DNA of 64,000 nt from Phoronis australis (Eukaryota > Animalia > Phoronida). The stretch is from positions 452,463 to 516,462 of the forward strand of contig NMRA01000315.1 of assembly GCA_002633005.1 (NCBI GenBank), given 5' to 3'. The first letter of the stretch is position 1. Each line of letters starts with the position of its first letter. Under the pieces are notes generated by a model. It did not search any database. It was not told where the DNA came from and saw nothing but the letters and a program-made list of their open reading frames with translations. Both the position numbers and the translations under genes were made by a program. Shown here piece by piece: positions 51,634 to 64,000 of this stretch.

Positions 51634-51651
51634 TTCGGGAAAGTTCAAGAA
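51634..51651. promoter_or_regulatory. Heat-shock-element consensus (4 units), with further partial units at ~51599-51610 and ~51673-51680
   Basis: TTCggGAAagTTCaaGAA. Confidence 0.5.
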
Positions 51652-51690
51652 TGTGCTTGAAATGATGAAAAGTTCTAGAACGTTGCATTG

Positions 51691-51798
<108 letters not shown>

Positions 51799-52771
51799 CC
51801 AGGAACGGATTAGATGAGTTAAAACTTGAAGGCAGTTGAAAATCAGTTGAAGTTAAAGGGAATTACAAGAACGCAGCAGTTGAGTTGCTGAAAGTGTCCC
51901 AAAAGTTCATCACAAGTCATGGCTTCGCAGGACTGGCTGGAGACATACATTACGTCGGACGCTTTTCTTTTGAGTAGCCTTGTGAACGTATGGTCGAGAT
52001 TAATATAGTGATTCAATCGAAGCAAAAAATTCAAAAGCAAAATATTCATGATGCTCTAACTTAAAATATAATGTCCAAAATTTTCAAATTAACGTTATGA
52101 ACATATCGCACCAGGATGTATGAACGCGCATTTTGTGTCCTCGTGTCATTAAGTTAAAAAGTAAGTGATTGCGAGCCAAAATATTTTCCTAGATTTTTAA
52201 ATGGCCTTGCCCGGACTTCATAACAACGTGTGATGAACAATTTGGCCACCCATGATAATAAAAAATAACACACGACAGAAAGCTTACGCAGAAATGTGAT
52301 TCCGGCCTCGAACAGTGCAGCAGGTAATAAAAATTGCAATGTTCATGGCTGTATGGAAAGTAAAATCCAGTTTGACTAAATCGAGAGCGTTTTGGAAATA
52401 ATATACATGCAATTGCTATTTTGTTCGTTCAGAAACACCGTTGTGTATCGCACATTAAGTTAAGAGGAGAACAACGGTATGCTGACTTCTTTTTTAATGC
52501 GCCGTTGTTCTGTCACTCACTAAGATTTCCATATAAATGAGGAGAGATGTCGATCTTCCTTTAAGTTACATGTAAGGAAAATTTCTTAGGAAGAAATGAA
52601 AATTTCCGATACTAATAGACAAAACTAACGATTTTCTTAAGATAACTTAAAGAAAAAAAAATCGTAACTTAAGAAAATTATTAACTTGAGGAAAATTCAT
52701 AATACTGCTTTTGAGTAAATTACTTTGTAATTACTCTTTAGCAACGTCTTTAACTGACAAACATAACGTAC

Positions 52772-52966
52772 ATTTTAGGGATTCTATGTGATCGCATTCC
52801 AGAAAATTCTTGCAAGAGACAAGTCTTTCATCGTCGCCGATACACGGCAGGCCACCCTTCTTGGGAGGTGGATTAGTACAAGCTCTTTTGGCCAACCGAG
52901 ACCCTGTGCTACATGTCACACTACACTCTCCAGTGGCTTTCCATGGAGACCAGTTACCATCGATGG
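52772..52966 (-). CDS. Thrombospondin type-1 repeat (TSP1) exon (right copy)
   Basis: Acceptor tcttcag|CC, donor T|gtacgt, 195 nt, phase 1-1. Peptide IDGNWSPWKATGECSVTCSTGSRLAKRACTNPPPKKGGLPCIGDDERLVSC has canonical TSP1 motifs. Confidence 0.92.
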
Positions 52967-53203
52967 CTGAAGATAAACCAAACATCACATAAAGCAGATG
53001 ACATCGCGAAGTAGGCTTTACATGTACATTGACCTCCGCTGCAAGATTGTAATTCGAAATTTCGAGTTTGCGAAGTTGATATCTGTACTGGTGAAGCACA
53101 CACTTTAGGTTTCATAGATTTTATGCAACTTCTTCTGTTCAATTAAATTTGACGATTAATGATTCTCGCGAATTCTAGAATGTAGTCGGCTTCATTGGCT
53201 TAC

Positions 53204-53548
53204 AGATTAACTTGAACACCACCCCTTTTCGCTTGGCCAAATGAGACGCTTTCCGATTGGCAGCCAAGCACTCCAGTTTTTGGTTGTCAAATGCTCGTGA
53301 CACTGTAAACTGTACACCTCTAGTGCACGAAACGTATTTTGATAGGTTGTCACTTCGTTGGCACTTCATTTCTGTCGTGCTGTACATAGCAGACGACACG
53401 TTCGCCACCCAGTCCACTCGAGGAGTCGGTAGTAGGTTATTTGCGTGGCAACTTATCTGAATAATTTCACTGTGCATTACTTCCAGTTGTTCTTGCATGA
53501 GCTCTTCACCAGTAGTGGAATTTCTGAGGATGAGGCTACCCGGACCAC
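53204..53548 (-). CDS. Ig-like domain exon, type C (right copy)
   Basis: Acceptor atcttgcag|GT, donor T|gtaagc, 345 nt. Peptide GGPGSLILRNSTTGEE...ISCHANNLLPTPRVDW...LECLAANRKASHLAKRKGVVFKLI. Confidence 0.9.
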
Positions 53549-55980
53549 CTGCAAGATAAAATGAGGATTTAATTATCAATTTGTTAAAACTTAGCAAGCA
53601 CCGGTTTTTGTTTCTTTGGCAGCTAAAAAGCCAATAATGCAGCTTTATAATACATGTACGTACTGGTCTGAACGCACAATATTACGGAAAATCTATAAGT
53701 TTGGCTACTGTTTTCCTCGGCCAGCGACCACCAAATTGTAGGCCAGCTCATTCCCTAAAATATTTTAGTATTGAAAAGTGACTATAATTAGTAATTGCCT
53801 ACATGTATGTTTTGGATGGAGACCACCAAAAGAGTTTATCTAATAAAAATTCAGTTTAATTCATCAATACATGGAGAATCCTACACGAGTCTCAGGTTTA
53901 CATGTACATGTATGACATAGGCAAAACCTCTTGGAAATTTCTTCAAAATCCCGAGGAATGCCGAGAGATTTTGACGAAGTTTCCAAGAGGTTTTGCCCAT
54001 GTCAAAAATCTGAGACAAGTGTAGGACTTGTATTCTCACATGAACCGAAAAAACGATGTTACCAGCTAGGCCTCCCATTTTTAGGTATACACCTCACGGT
54101 TTGATCTGTTGCTACTACCACTATTTCAGACAAGTTTGACATCATAGAAACAATGACATTTCTTTCAGCTTTTAAGCTCTTTAAAACACGGGACTATGCC
54201 GCCATTTTTCAAAAATTATTGGCTTGCCCTTCTCAAAGGCGAACTTTTGCTTTTGCACTGGTAAAAGTCTGTCAAGCTGCCCGCATATACATGTACATGG
54301 ATGCCTTTATTTCCTTCCACCACAACGTAGTTATAAGAAATTGTCATTCCCAACTAAGGTAGTAGACAGAACCCGTCGCCATCAGATTAACTTTGGTCTC
54401 GTTCCTTTTGTGTGGAGCAGGACAATTACTGCAGATGACTCCAAGCTAATAAGACACTGGCGGAAATAAATCAAACTAACGTGGACTAAATTTTTTTCTA
54501 TCAAGTAGACTTTCGAATCCCGAAATTGAATTCTCCGTAAAAAATGTTATGGTCATTTGCTCTAGAAAAAATACGATAAGCATTAGCCATATACGATGTC
54601 ATTGTTTCTGTTGTGCTTACCAAGGGAAGTGTGTTTTCCGTAATGCAGGATACAGAATTGGTTTATGACCTTTGAGCACCAACAAAAGATTACAAAAACG
54701 TTTTAACTGTAAAAAACTTGTTACCTGATCCTAGAAACTCCTTTCGTCTGGGGTTGAAACTGTACGCAGTAGCGGACTTGGGGGAGAGGGGGACATGGCC
54801 CCCTAAAATTTTCCAAGATTCCATTTGGCATTTCGGGGTTGCAAATGTCTGACGGACAAAATTCTGGCTAATACTCTGCTCTGTCCATCTCTAACTAAAA
54901 ATCTTAGACCCGCCCCCGGTACGGGGTATATTTTCGACTACACTGTATACCAAGAAACAACTTGTTACATTTTAGGAGAGGCCTAGCAATGTAAAATGTA
55001 GCAATGACATAAAACGTAACAGTTGATACATTTTACGAATTTGTTTCAAGGCAATACGTTTCCAACTGCAATTAATTGTTGTTGTTTTTGTCTCACCAAG
55101 TAGTTTCCCTTCAGCTCGGAGTTTGACTTGAACTAAACTGACTTGAGTAAAGTTTGATGGTGGTTATTGTAGGAGTAATTCAAGGGTCTCAGTAGAAATT
55201 ACTGGCTACGGGCCCACAACAGCAGACGTTTTTTTTTTGTAGTAGAACAACTACTCATTATGACCAAAACATACCCGAGGACATAATTCCACTCGCCGCG
55301 CCACAAGATTGTCACACACGCGCACACACACGCATACAGAGAGAGAGAGATAGATTATTACATGTTCTCAGCCGTTATCCCCTGTTATCTAGAGTCCTCG
55401 TGGATTTTGGAGAATTATCACCCTCGGGGCTTACCACATACTAAACGAGAAACATTGCAATGAATCGATTTACCTTTTCTGACTCTCCACGGCTTTGTAA
55501 CTACATGTACTTTCTATGTCAGAGGCCCGGGGTCGAAGGTCGTGACCTTTTAAGAAAAGCCCAGCTATTTTTGTCACATAATGCTTTTACTCAAAACCAA
55601 TTGAAAACTTAAATATTATAAAAATAAATTGAATTTATAAATTAAGGTTTACCAACTATTATAGCTTAAAACACGTTTTTTTTTCACGTTAAGCTTCGAC
55701 CGGGAAATTATCGTCTGCTAAAGTAAGTTACCACTGGTAACTGAATTTAATTCTCAAGTCAAAGATCCTGACGACACGATACCCGCATTCAAGCTGTAGA
55801 TCGGTGATTTACAAGTAAGAGGACATGAGAGAAAATTTTCACTGAATTAAGATATCATTTTTATGGAAATTATGTGTCTTATTTTTCGTAACGTATAAGT
55901 ACAATACAATGCGGTTTGTTGAACGTGGTATTATTGCGCGTGCTCATTTAAGTATTCTATTTTCACTCTTGATGACGTCA

Positions 55981-56110
55981 GCCGCTGCATGGTGTAGTGG
56001 GAAAGTCAGCGATCAGCAATTTCAGGGTCCCGGGTTCGACTCCGTCCTCGGTTTCCCGCCAAATCGTTGTCTCACTAGTGAGATAACTTGATGGGTTATT
56101 ACACGGTTGT
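55981..56110 (+). mobile_element. tRNA-derived SINE head
   Basis: A-box TGGTGTAGTGG and B-box GGTTCGACTCC at tRNA-like spacing, but the acceptor and anticodon stems do not close and there is no oligo-T terminator. Confidence 0.6.
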
Positions 56111-56175
56111 ATCTGCCATTTGACGCTAATATTGTGGTATAAATACCTTTACGTATATGGTAACACTTTCCTTAC

Positions 56176-56493
56176 CTATGATTATCACTTTTAACGAAGC
56201 TTCAGCCTTCAAACTTGGACTAGCAACATTTACTGCTACGCATTTTATACTCCTCATTGCATAGCGAGCCGTGAACTTCACTTCTTTTGTAACCACCTGT
56301 AAGCTGTTAGCCATTTCTTTTTTCTTGGACACCGCATCTCCTTCAACCCCGGTGACTTCTATTTGTGCACCAGGATAAATCACGTCAGTTGAACATGTTA
56401 CTTCTGAATATTGCCCCTCAACGACTGAAAATTCATCACCGTCTTGGTAGGTTTTCGAATCCCCGTTGGAAAATTCTACCTTGGTTGGGCCAA
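56176..56493 (-). CDS. Ig-like domain exon, type B (right copy)
   Basis: Acceptor atcttttag|TT, donor G|gtaagg, 318 nt. Peptide GPTKVEFSNGDSKTYQDGDEF...TCSTDVIYPGA...IKCVAVNVA. Confidence 0.9.
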
Positions 56494-57093
56494 CTAAAAG
56501 ATGCAGAAAAAAATACCTGTACTAGTCACTTCCCAACGACCACAGAAGATTGTTTTGGAATTAAAGCGGACACAGCACTACGAAATGAAGAGTCTACTAA
56601 GATTACAGTAAGAGACTGTACTAAAGTCACATGTAGTACCATCCCCGAGAACCTATGGCTTGGTTCCCGTTTTGAGGGTACAGCTTGTGTTTTAGGTTAT
56701 TTAATACTATGAAGGTGTTATCGTTCCTACCGGAGCATTTTAACAGAGTGCATAGAGCGTTGACTGGAGAGAAGTTGTCGTCCGTTAACTTGTCTAATTT
56801 AATTTTAAATTTCCCTCTTTAGAGAACCAAACCTTTTGTGGATGGGAGTTTTTAAGCAAACCAGGTAAGCGCAACTATTAAGTCGTCGTAGAATTTAACA
56901 CAGAGGTAAGGCAGATTTTTCTCTGCTAAAGCGGTACGATGAAACCCATGCAAAAGCGCAATCCATCTGGATGGTGGCCACGAACTTCATAGCCCGTGAA
57001 CACCCGTCTCAGTCATCACCACTTTACAGTAGGTTCCCAACTCATCTACATTAAAGCGGTCCGAAAGATTATGTAGGACTTTATGGACATGCC

Positions 57094-58290
57094 AGAGAGT
57101 AGTGTAGCCAGATGTTCTGGCGACCAGTTTAAGCGGTGCTTAGGTCAAACGTCATATTTCAAAGGTGAAGGTCATAGGTCAAAGGTGAATCCGTATGGTA
57201 CTTCATCTTCTGCAAACCGGAATGAAGTGTTAATGACGTAATCGATCTTTTTAATTAGGTTTAATTACACCCGAAATTGATGTCATTGGTGAACCGGAAG
57301 AAGGTGGAAGTGACGTCATTTGAAAACGGGAAGGAAGGTCAAAGTCACGTGATACAGTAAACTGGAAGAGAGTGAAAACGAGGTCATAGTCGAATCGAGG
57401 TTATGTGGTTGTTGACGTCATCATGGTTGAAGGACGTGATACTGTCCACCAGCCCAAAGTTCAATATCGGACACTAAAAAGACGTTGTTTTAAATCAATT
57501 GAGAGTGGGAACAAAAGGTTCCCTTATTTTACCTATACCAGCGCCATGTGTCGTCATTGTATTCTCTCCCATTTCTAAACAACAGATACCATGTATGTCT
57601 AACCCGTGAAAATTACTAAACTAATAAGCATACATTGTAACCACCTCACGCAACAACAGATGTTGCATATACCTGACCTTGAAAAGTGCTTATCTAATCA
57701 GGAGATATTACAAACTCCTAAGAGAGAACAGAAAACGTTTTATGTTAAACCGTGCATTAATAACAAAATAAATTCTATTACACTACAAAAATCATTTCTC
57801 CGTCATCATCCACCATTCTGTCGGTGTGTTTCAGACCATCGAATGATTTGTAATAACCAGACGCTCAATGTATAGTCACTTCTACACTTTTGCAGAGACG
57901 TTTGGGCAGGCCTGACATGTGAAACTCATGTTATGTAATACACAAATATTGACCAATAATGAGCTAGCATTGAAGATCACGTGAGAATAAACCGGTGCAG
58001 ACGCGTTCAGACACGTTTGAGCACATCTGACAAAAAAAAAACACCAATCTTATGACGTTATTTGCGATCACGTCAAATCAGCATCTACATACATGTTTAC
58101 GAGTTAGAAGAATCCAAAGACGGTGTCACTTCTCGCTTGCTTTGTCGACCCATGGCCAGTTTGACGACGAGCTTTTTCTCATCTTGTACGAAAACCACTT
58201 TTCCTTCATTCACGAAATCAAGAAGTACTGCAGGTCTTATCAATGCAACCTCTGTGGTTCGTTTTGGAGCTATAGACACCAACAAATAGG
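57094..58290 (+). mobile_element. Polinton/Maverick-like relic (terminus plus fragment of a pPolB-associated ORF)
   Basis: AGAGAGTAGT resembles a Polinton terminus and is followed by a motif-rich TIR-like segment. A frameshifted peptide at ~58075-58285 reads IHVYELEESKDGVTSRLLCRP/HGQFDDELFLILYENHFSFIHEIKKYCRSYQCNLCGSFW. Confidence 0.55.
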
Positions 58291-58906
58291 CCATAGTCCC
58301 AGCTCTCCTATCTTTTACCTCCGTGGCTACTTTCTGGGGGCAACGAGAACTTTGCATTAAACCCATCTACAGATGTTCAGAAGTCAATTCCAAAAGTTCC
58401 CAATATTACACTTGCACGATTAGTAATAACTTTAATTTAAAAGTTGGAAAAATATAGCCTCAACTAATATGTTAGCTACCAGGTGTCAGTGCAAAATGAT
58501 CTGAAGAGCCACTCATGCCAGGAAAATATTGTGTCCATACCTTTTCCCTTCAAAAATCGTCTGCTTGGCATGAAAACATCCATCAAAGGACAGTCAGCTG
58601 ATGTTTTCGTGTTGGCTTAGCTAGATTGTGTACTGCTACTGACTACATTGGATAGTATTAATTCTTGGATGGGTGTGCAAGTAATAGGCAATTACCAAGG
58701 GCCAAGGCTCAAAAACCAGCAGGCAGCAGTTAGGAATCGAGGAAAGCCAAGTCAAGTGGCCACCAGTGTCACATAGTTCTGAAACAATTCTTGGCATATT
58801 CCTGAATCGTTTTGTGTTTTTGCAAAGAACAGTTTTGGGACAGCAAGGACTCTGCTGAAACCATGAATTAGTGGACGAGTGTGCGACTTCACAATAGACT
58901 GGCAAA

Positions 58907-59600
58907 ATGTCTTCCCGTTGTTGCATTCATGTCTCAGGTTCTGCTCAAATTTCTGAGCTGGAATTTTCAGATACTGCCAGGTCTAAGGCTACTGCAAACA
59001 AATGTATCAACATTGAGTGCAAGTGAAGTATCATTGCTGATAGTTTTTAAGTTTTGGTGAAAAAACAAACCTCTTGTCATGTGCACACCCAGGGGGGAGC
59101 TCGAGGGCTTGAATGAACCTCCCCCATTTGGTACAGTGGGTTAAAAGGTCCGCCTCAGAGAAATAAAAAACTCCGAAGAAGTAGTACACGAGACAAAAGT
59201 TCACTAAAAAGGCAAGAACTACCAAAATTAGGCGAGCACACAATTCGTAGCTCTGAAGTACCCTGTGAATATTAATAAATGTCCACATTCTCAAGTCAAG
59301 CCGCCAACGTTTAGGCTTGGTGTGTGCAGGCTTCTATCACAAGCAGTGTTACAGACACTTAACGGATGAAATAAAAATTGAAGGAGCTCTTAAAAGAAAA
59401 AAAAACCAAGCTGATGATGGAAATAACGTTGAGCCCAATGGAAAATTAAGGAGATTGTCACTGTCAGTTGCATTTAACAGTGGTCAAAGAAATATACCGT
59501 ATTATATCTTGCCACCACAATGAACCATTTGCCACAAATCAAATTCCATTACGGGTAATTCACAAACAGAAGAAAAGTTGAAAACCTATAACAGTTCCAA
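58907..59600 (+). pseudogene. Decayed N-terminal fragment of an Academ-like protein, split by a ~240-bp MITE (~59082-59325)
   Basis: MSSRCCIHVSG... before the insert and GFYHKQCYRHLTD...ILPPQ*TIC after it. The HxxCY motif also occurs in the Academ ORF at ~43150. The insert has a diverged direct copy at ~60790-61015. Confidence 0.4.
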
Positions 59601-62600
59601 ACATTCAACTGTTAATAATTCTTAATTCGGAAAAATGTCATTTATGGTAAATAATCTTTAGTTTAGTTCACAGAAAAAAATAATTTGCAGTAATAGCCGT
59701 CCCAATCTCAAAGGTACTGGAAGTAGTTTTTTACCTACATGTGAATGTTGAGCACTGCTTTTTATGAACTTCTAAGCCTATTTTGAGACCCCTTTATGTA
59801 AAATCAAAAGCAGTGTTTGGAATTTGAGAAACCTAAAAAATGGAAATATTGCCTGTATTTTGCAATTCTTTGATCTTGAAAATTCAAATTGCGCAGATTT
59901 CTGTATCTTACATTTTGAAGATTAAAAAGGAATTTTTAGCGTAGGAAATTCTTTACTCTTCCAAGTGTGTGCTAATTAAAACAGGAAGCGTTAAAATAAA
60001 TTTTAGCTCGACAGTAAAAAGACGCTTTTCAATTTCAAACAAAAACTATTGCCTACATGACCATTCCTCTATTTTTCAAAGGCTGAACTACTGTATTAAG
60101 GATGATAAAAGTGTTTCTATGTTTTAAATTGTTTGAAGGCAACTGCACATTGCAATCAATGCTAGTAATGATGCTCATTTCTCTTAATGCTTATTTTTGC
60201 TGAGAACTTAGGCAAAATGAAATTTTAGTTGTTGGCCATACTGTGTGCTATAGTGAAAAGCATTTTGGTTATCTATTTCAGTTAAATAGGATTACTGTTA
60301 CAAGGTGTTAAAGTCCTGGTCTCAAAATGCCCATGTGGTTCCAGTATCCGAAAATACTTACTAAATAAAATCTTATTTTGGACCCCCTTTCTTTACATTC
60401 TTTTCGCCTTTCTTGCCAAAAGCGATTTTATAACAGTATTCGACCCTTCTCTGTGAGCGTATAATTACCGGCAGTCATCGGTTATTTCCGTACCCACATT
60501 TCCGGCTCATCAGTTCAGGAACTTGTCCTGAACGCCGCCATTTTTTCCTTGTAACTGAATGCGCTTATCGCTTCTTGGAAAGTCGTAAATATTCTGTTTT
60601 TCTAGTAATATCTCGTTATTCGTTTGCATATGTAGTGTCTTTATAGCTTGTAGTTAGTGGTCTTTGAATTTTTTGGAATGTTACGCCTACTTATTATCTT
60701 AAAATAGCATTGGTGTTTAGTTCCTTAAGTAGGGCGGTCGAACCTAAGAACCCGGCAATATGAGTCGTATTGGACTTGTCATACTTATGTGCTCGAACGA
60801 GCCCCCTATTTGGAGAAATGGAAAAAGGTCTGCCTCAGTCAGAGAAGCATGAACTCCGAAAAAAGTAGAATACAAGACAATATTCCACTAGAAGACTGGA
60901 AGTACCAAAATTTAGCCTCTGCAATTCATAGCTCTGAACATACCCAGTAAATCTTATAGTAAAAGGTAGACGTTCCCAAAAATTCCAGCCCCCCATTTTT
61001 TTAGGCTTGGTGTGCTCATAAAATGTCTGGAAAAATCTCTCAGCCAAAAACTTTGCACAGTTCGCCAGAAGTACCCAAGGGCTGCCGCGGCAGTGTGACA
61101 CAAGACTAACCAGTGCGTAATTTTATTCAAGTGCCTGAAACTACCTTTGAATGTTTACGGCATTTACTATTTGAGTATTTTACTTCATCAAAACAGCTTG
61201 CAAAATGCCTTTACCGTTCGCCAGTGTCTGGTCTCGATCCGCACCGGGTCCGATAGGCTGCGGTCCCGAGTCCAGCAAAATAATTTCTGTCAAAGTTTTT
61301 TCGCCACATTTCTTCAGTAAATTCGATCAATTTGTCCGTATTTTGATTTTATTAAAATTAAGGCGCGCTGTCGATTATTTTATATCCATTTGCAGGCGTG
61401 AGAAGCGAAGCCAGGCAAGGTGAATAAGTTTAAGGCGTAACACATTGAGGAAGGGCAGGTAGAGGTTTAGGCTTGTGTCTCTTCCAATAATTGGAGAAAA
61501 GTTACGTTGACCGAAGCATTGCACGAGCAGAAGGTGATTTGTGTGTCATTTTGGCAAATTACCGTTATTTTTGGCACTAAATTAATAAATTGACCATGAA
61601 GTTATGCAGAAATGACATGTGAATATATAACGCACCGCTTGTTTTTTGTAGTTCTGTCAGGATCTCTGATTTTTCGACATTTTTCTGTTGAAAGATGGGA
61701 TTGAGACTGCAAAGATAAGCAATCGGAAACGCAAATCCGTGTCTCGTTTATGCGATCGGGAACGCATCGTGGTGTGTCGAACAGTAATGAACTTTTTACA
61801 AATAAAACGCGAAAAAGGTTACAAAATAAGTGTGCTGCAATCAATTAATCACACTTTGCGTCATCACTGTGTTACTTTCGTATCAAAACTGAACAACAAT
61901 ATAGCATATTTCCATTAAATTGCCATGAGCACTACATGTACATCAAAACATATTTTTTGTTTCACAAACGAATTTATTTTCATTTCAGGAAAGAAGGTCA
62001 CAGTTATTGTGCGACGAGCTTCAACGAACATGTTACCCACGACGTGAAGGTTCACCCTACCAGGGTTTTGAAATACAGACGTTTACTGTTAGACGAAACC
62101 ACCTACTGAGAACAAGGGTTCTAAACTGAAGACTCACCCAGGAGTTGTTCCATTTGACCTAGCAGCCAGGGGTGAACAAATTGTTGCAGCAGATGAAAGC
62201 GAGTGTAGAATCTTCATGTAAAATTGTGACAGCACAAGGGAAGAAAAACAAGTAGCCAGTAAAGTCAAAGAATGGTGATGAGCTTTCCCAAGGGGAGAGA
62301 CGGGAGTGCAGCAACACCATTCACGAGATGATTCCCACTCACAAAAGTCTGGGATCTAAAATTGGCCAAAAGATGTGTAAACTGGTTTGCTGATAAAATG
62401 GGATAAGATCGATACAAAGATGAACAGATTGACTTGTGGCACCCGTGTGGCTTGAATGTATCTTGTGTTGTTTGACTCTTCTGTTTTGTAATCTTGGTCC
62501 TACCAAGGAGTGTTCGAGTATAGTACTACTACACTCCTTGGTTCTACCTTCACCTGCATCATCAAATCATGATCTCCAGTTTAATGTGACATTGAAAAAG

Positions 62601-64000
62601 ATGGAGACAGTTCTAATACACATATTGGGATTTTCTCAAAACCTAGTCATCATGTTGTCATTAACGTCACTTCAACTACGCACTTAAGAGTGCAGTGACA
62701 CTTCAGACCAGGCAAAAATCCATACAGGGGTGATAAACCCTATGTGACGGATTTGGATCATATCATGCATTTTTGTTTACTTTCTTATGGTAATTACTAA
62801 AATGCACTTTAAACAAATTCTATGGCGTTAGGTAGCTTAAAAGTCGGGTACCTCAGTTTTCACTGAAAACCACTATCAGAACTTACCCAAATAATCACAT
62901 TTTTTGTGACATTGTATGTAATTACAGCAGCTACTAGAAAATGAAATAGCTACTATTTTGTATAAAGTCATCCATTGTCTTCTTAAAAATGAAAAATAAA
63001 AGTGTCAAGTTGCACCTTAAATTCCACATTTCGGGTTTGAAGGGTCATGGGTTCATATAAGCAGAAAACATGGATAACTTGCCTAGGTTTGAATGAGTGA
63101 ATCTCAGCTGAAGCCAAAATTTACACTTTGAAACTTAATTGTGGGTTTGATCTATCTTAGTAGAATAGATATTTGGCATCAAAACCACCGGCAAACACAT
63201 GTCTTCATATAGTAATGAGCAATTGTTCGCAGCCACCTCAGCCAAAGTGAGCACTTTTTTGTGACAATAGCTACTAGTCATCGAAAATGTTGAGTTTTGA
63301 GATTTAAAAGTGCTCAAATGTTAAATTATTGGGCTTATTTCTTAGCAAATAAAATTCGATAAAATTTGTATTTTGTGTTTTGTTTTTTTTTTTGTTTTTT
63401 TACTTTGAATTACCGTTTTGATGAAGAGCCCTACTACATGTGTCTCTGATATCACTGAAGAAAAAATGGCTGATGAGGTGGTGGAAGTTGTTAATATAGT
63501 GTGTTCGTTGGCATAATCCTTCAAATCTGGTTTATGGAGCTTCAAAGGAATATCGAAACCATGCAGCAAGCAATTTAAGCACTAACTGATTGCAGCAAGT
63601 CCATAGGAAGCCATTTGAAATATATTAAAGTCACCGACCCAGTCCCGTTCAGTGACAGTGCTGAAACTGAAACTGAAGAAAGTGGCAGCTGATTCTTGCC
63701 AGGGTCAGAGTTGGCTTGTTTACAACAGTTTGCCCCACTTCAAATAGGTCATAACAGGATTTTTATTGTTGCTCCGGGTTGTTTTAGTGACCACTGAGGC
63801 AAATTTTGAAAGGTGCATTAGCTAAAAATATTGAATAAGCAATTGTATTCCTTTTAGCCTGAAAATCATGTACTAAAACATAAAATTTTCTCAATCAGCA
63901 TCATGGCATGAAGAGTGTTGGATGTTGTCCTAACTTTATGGCATTTCGAAGCCGTGGCAATGCTATATATCAAAATTGATGGCTTTCCAGGTTTTAGTAG

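Noticed and set aside
55981-56052. Functional tRNA gene
   Set aside because: A and B boxes are present but the cloverleaf does not fold; better explained as a SINE head.
62050-62700. DGDSS motif hinting at a decayed DDE transposase
   Set aside because: A single short motif amid many stops, with no termini identified.

Overview
This is a eukaryotic, AT-rich, intron- and transposon-rich animal genomic window, probably from an invertebrate (inferred from GT-AG exons and the TE superfamilies present). The host content is on the minus strand: an unnamed Ig-superfamily cell-surface receptor built from symmetric phase-1 exons, one domain per exon, present in two diverged tandem copies. The right copy runs Ig(56176-56493), Ig(53204-53548), TSP1(52772-52966), then across a ~21.6 kb TE-packed intron to a transmembrane exon with a ~400 aa cytoplasmic tail (29782-31124) carrying an ITIM-like motif. 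The left copy has seven Ig exons (15147 down to 651) in an A-B-A-B-A-B-C pattern; its last two match the right copy's Ig exons in length and sequence. The rest is nested mobile DNA: four Kolobok-type THAP/KolX deletion derivatives (TTAA TSD), a decayed Academ (XPG-type) element, an ISL2EU-like element, P-like and Mutator-like MITEs, a Penelope-like GIY-YIG fragment, LINE 3' ends, a tRNA-derived SINE and a Polinton/Maverick relic. A heat-shock-element array is split by one Kolobok insertion. There is a 750-N gap at 5737-6486. All calls are by eye; no database searches were run.
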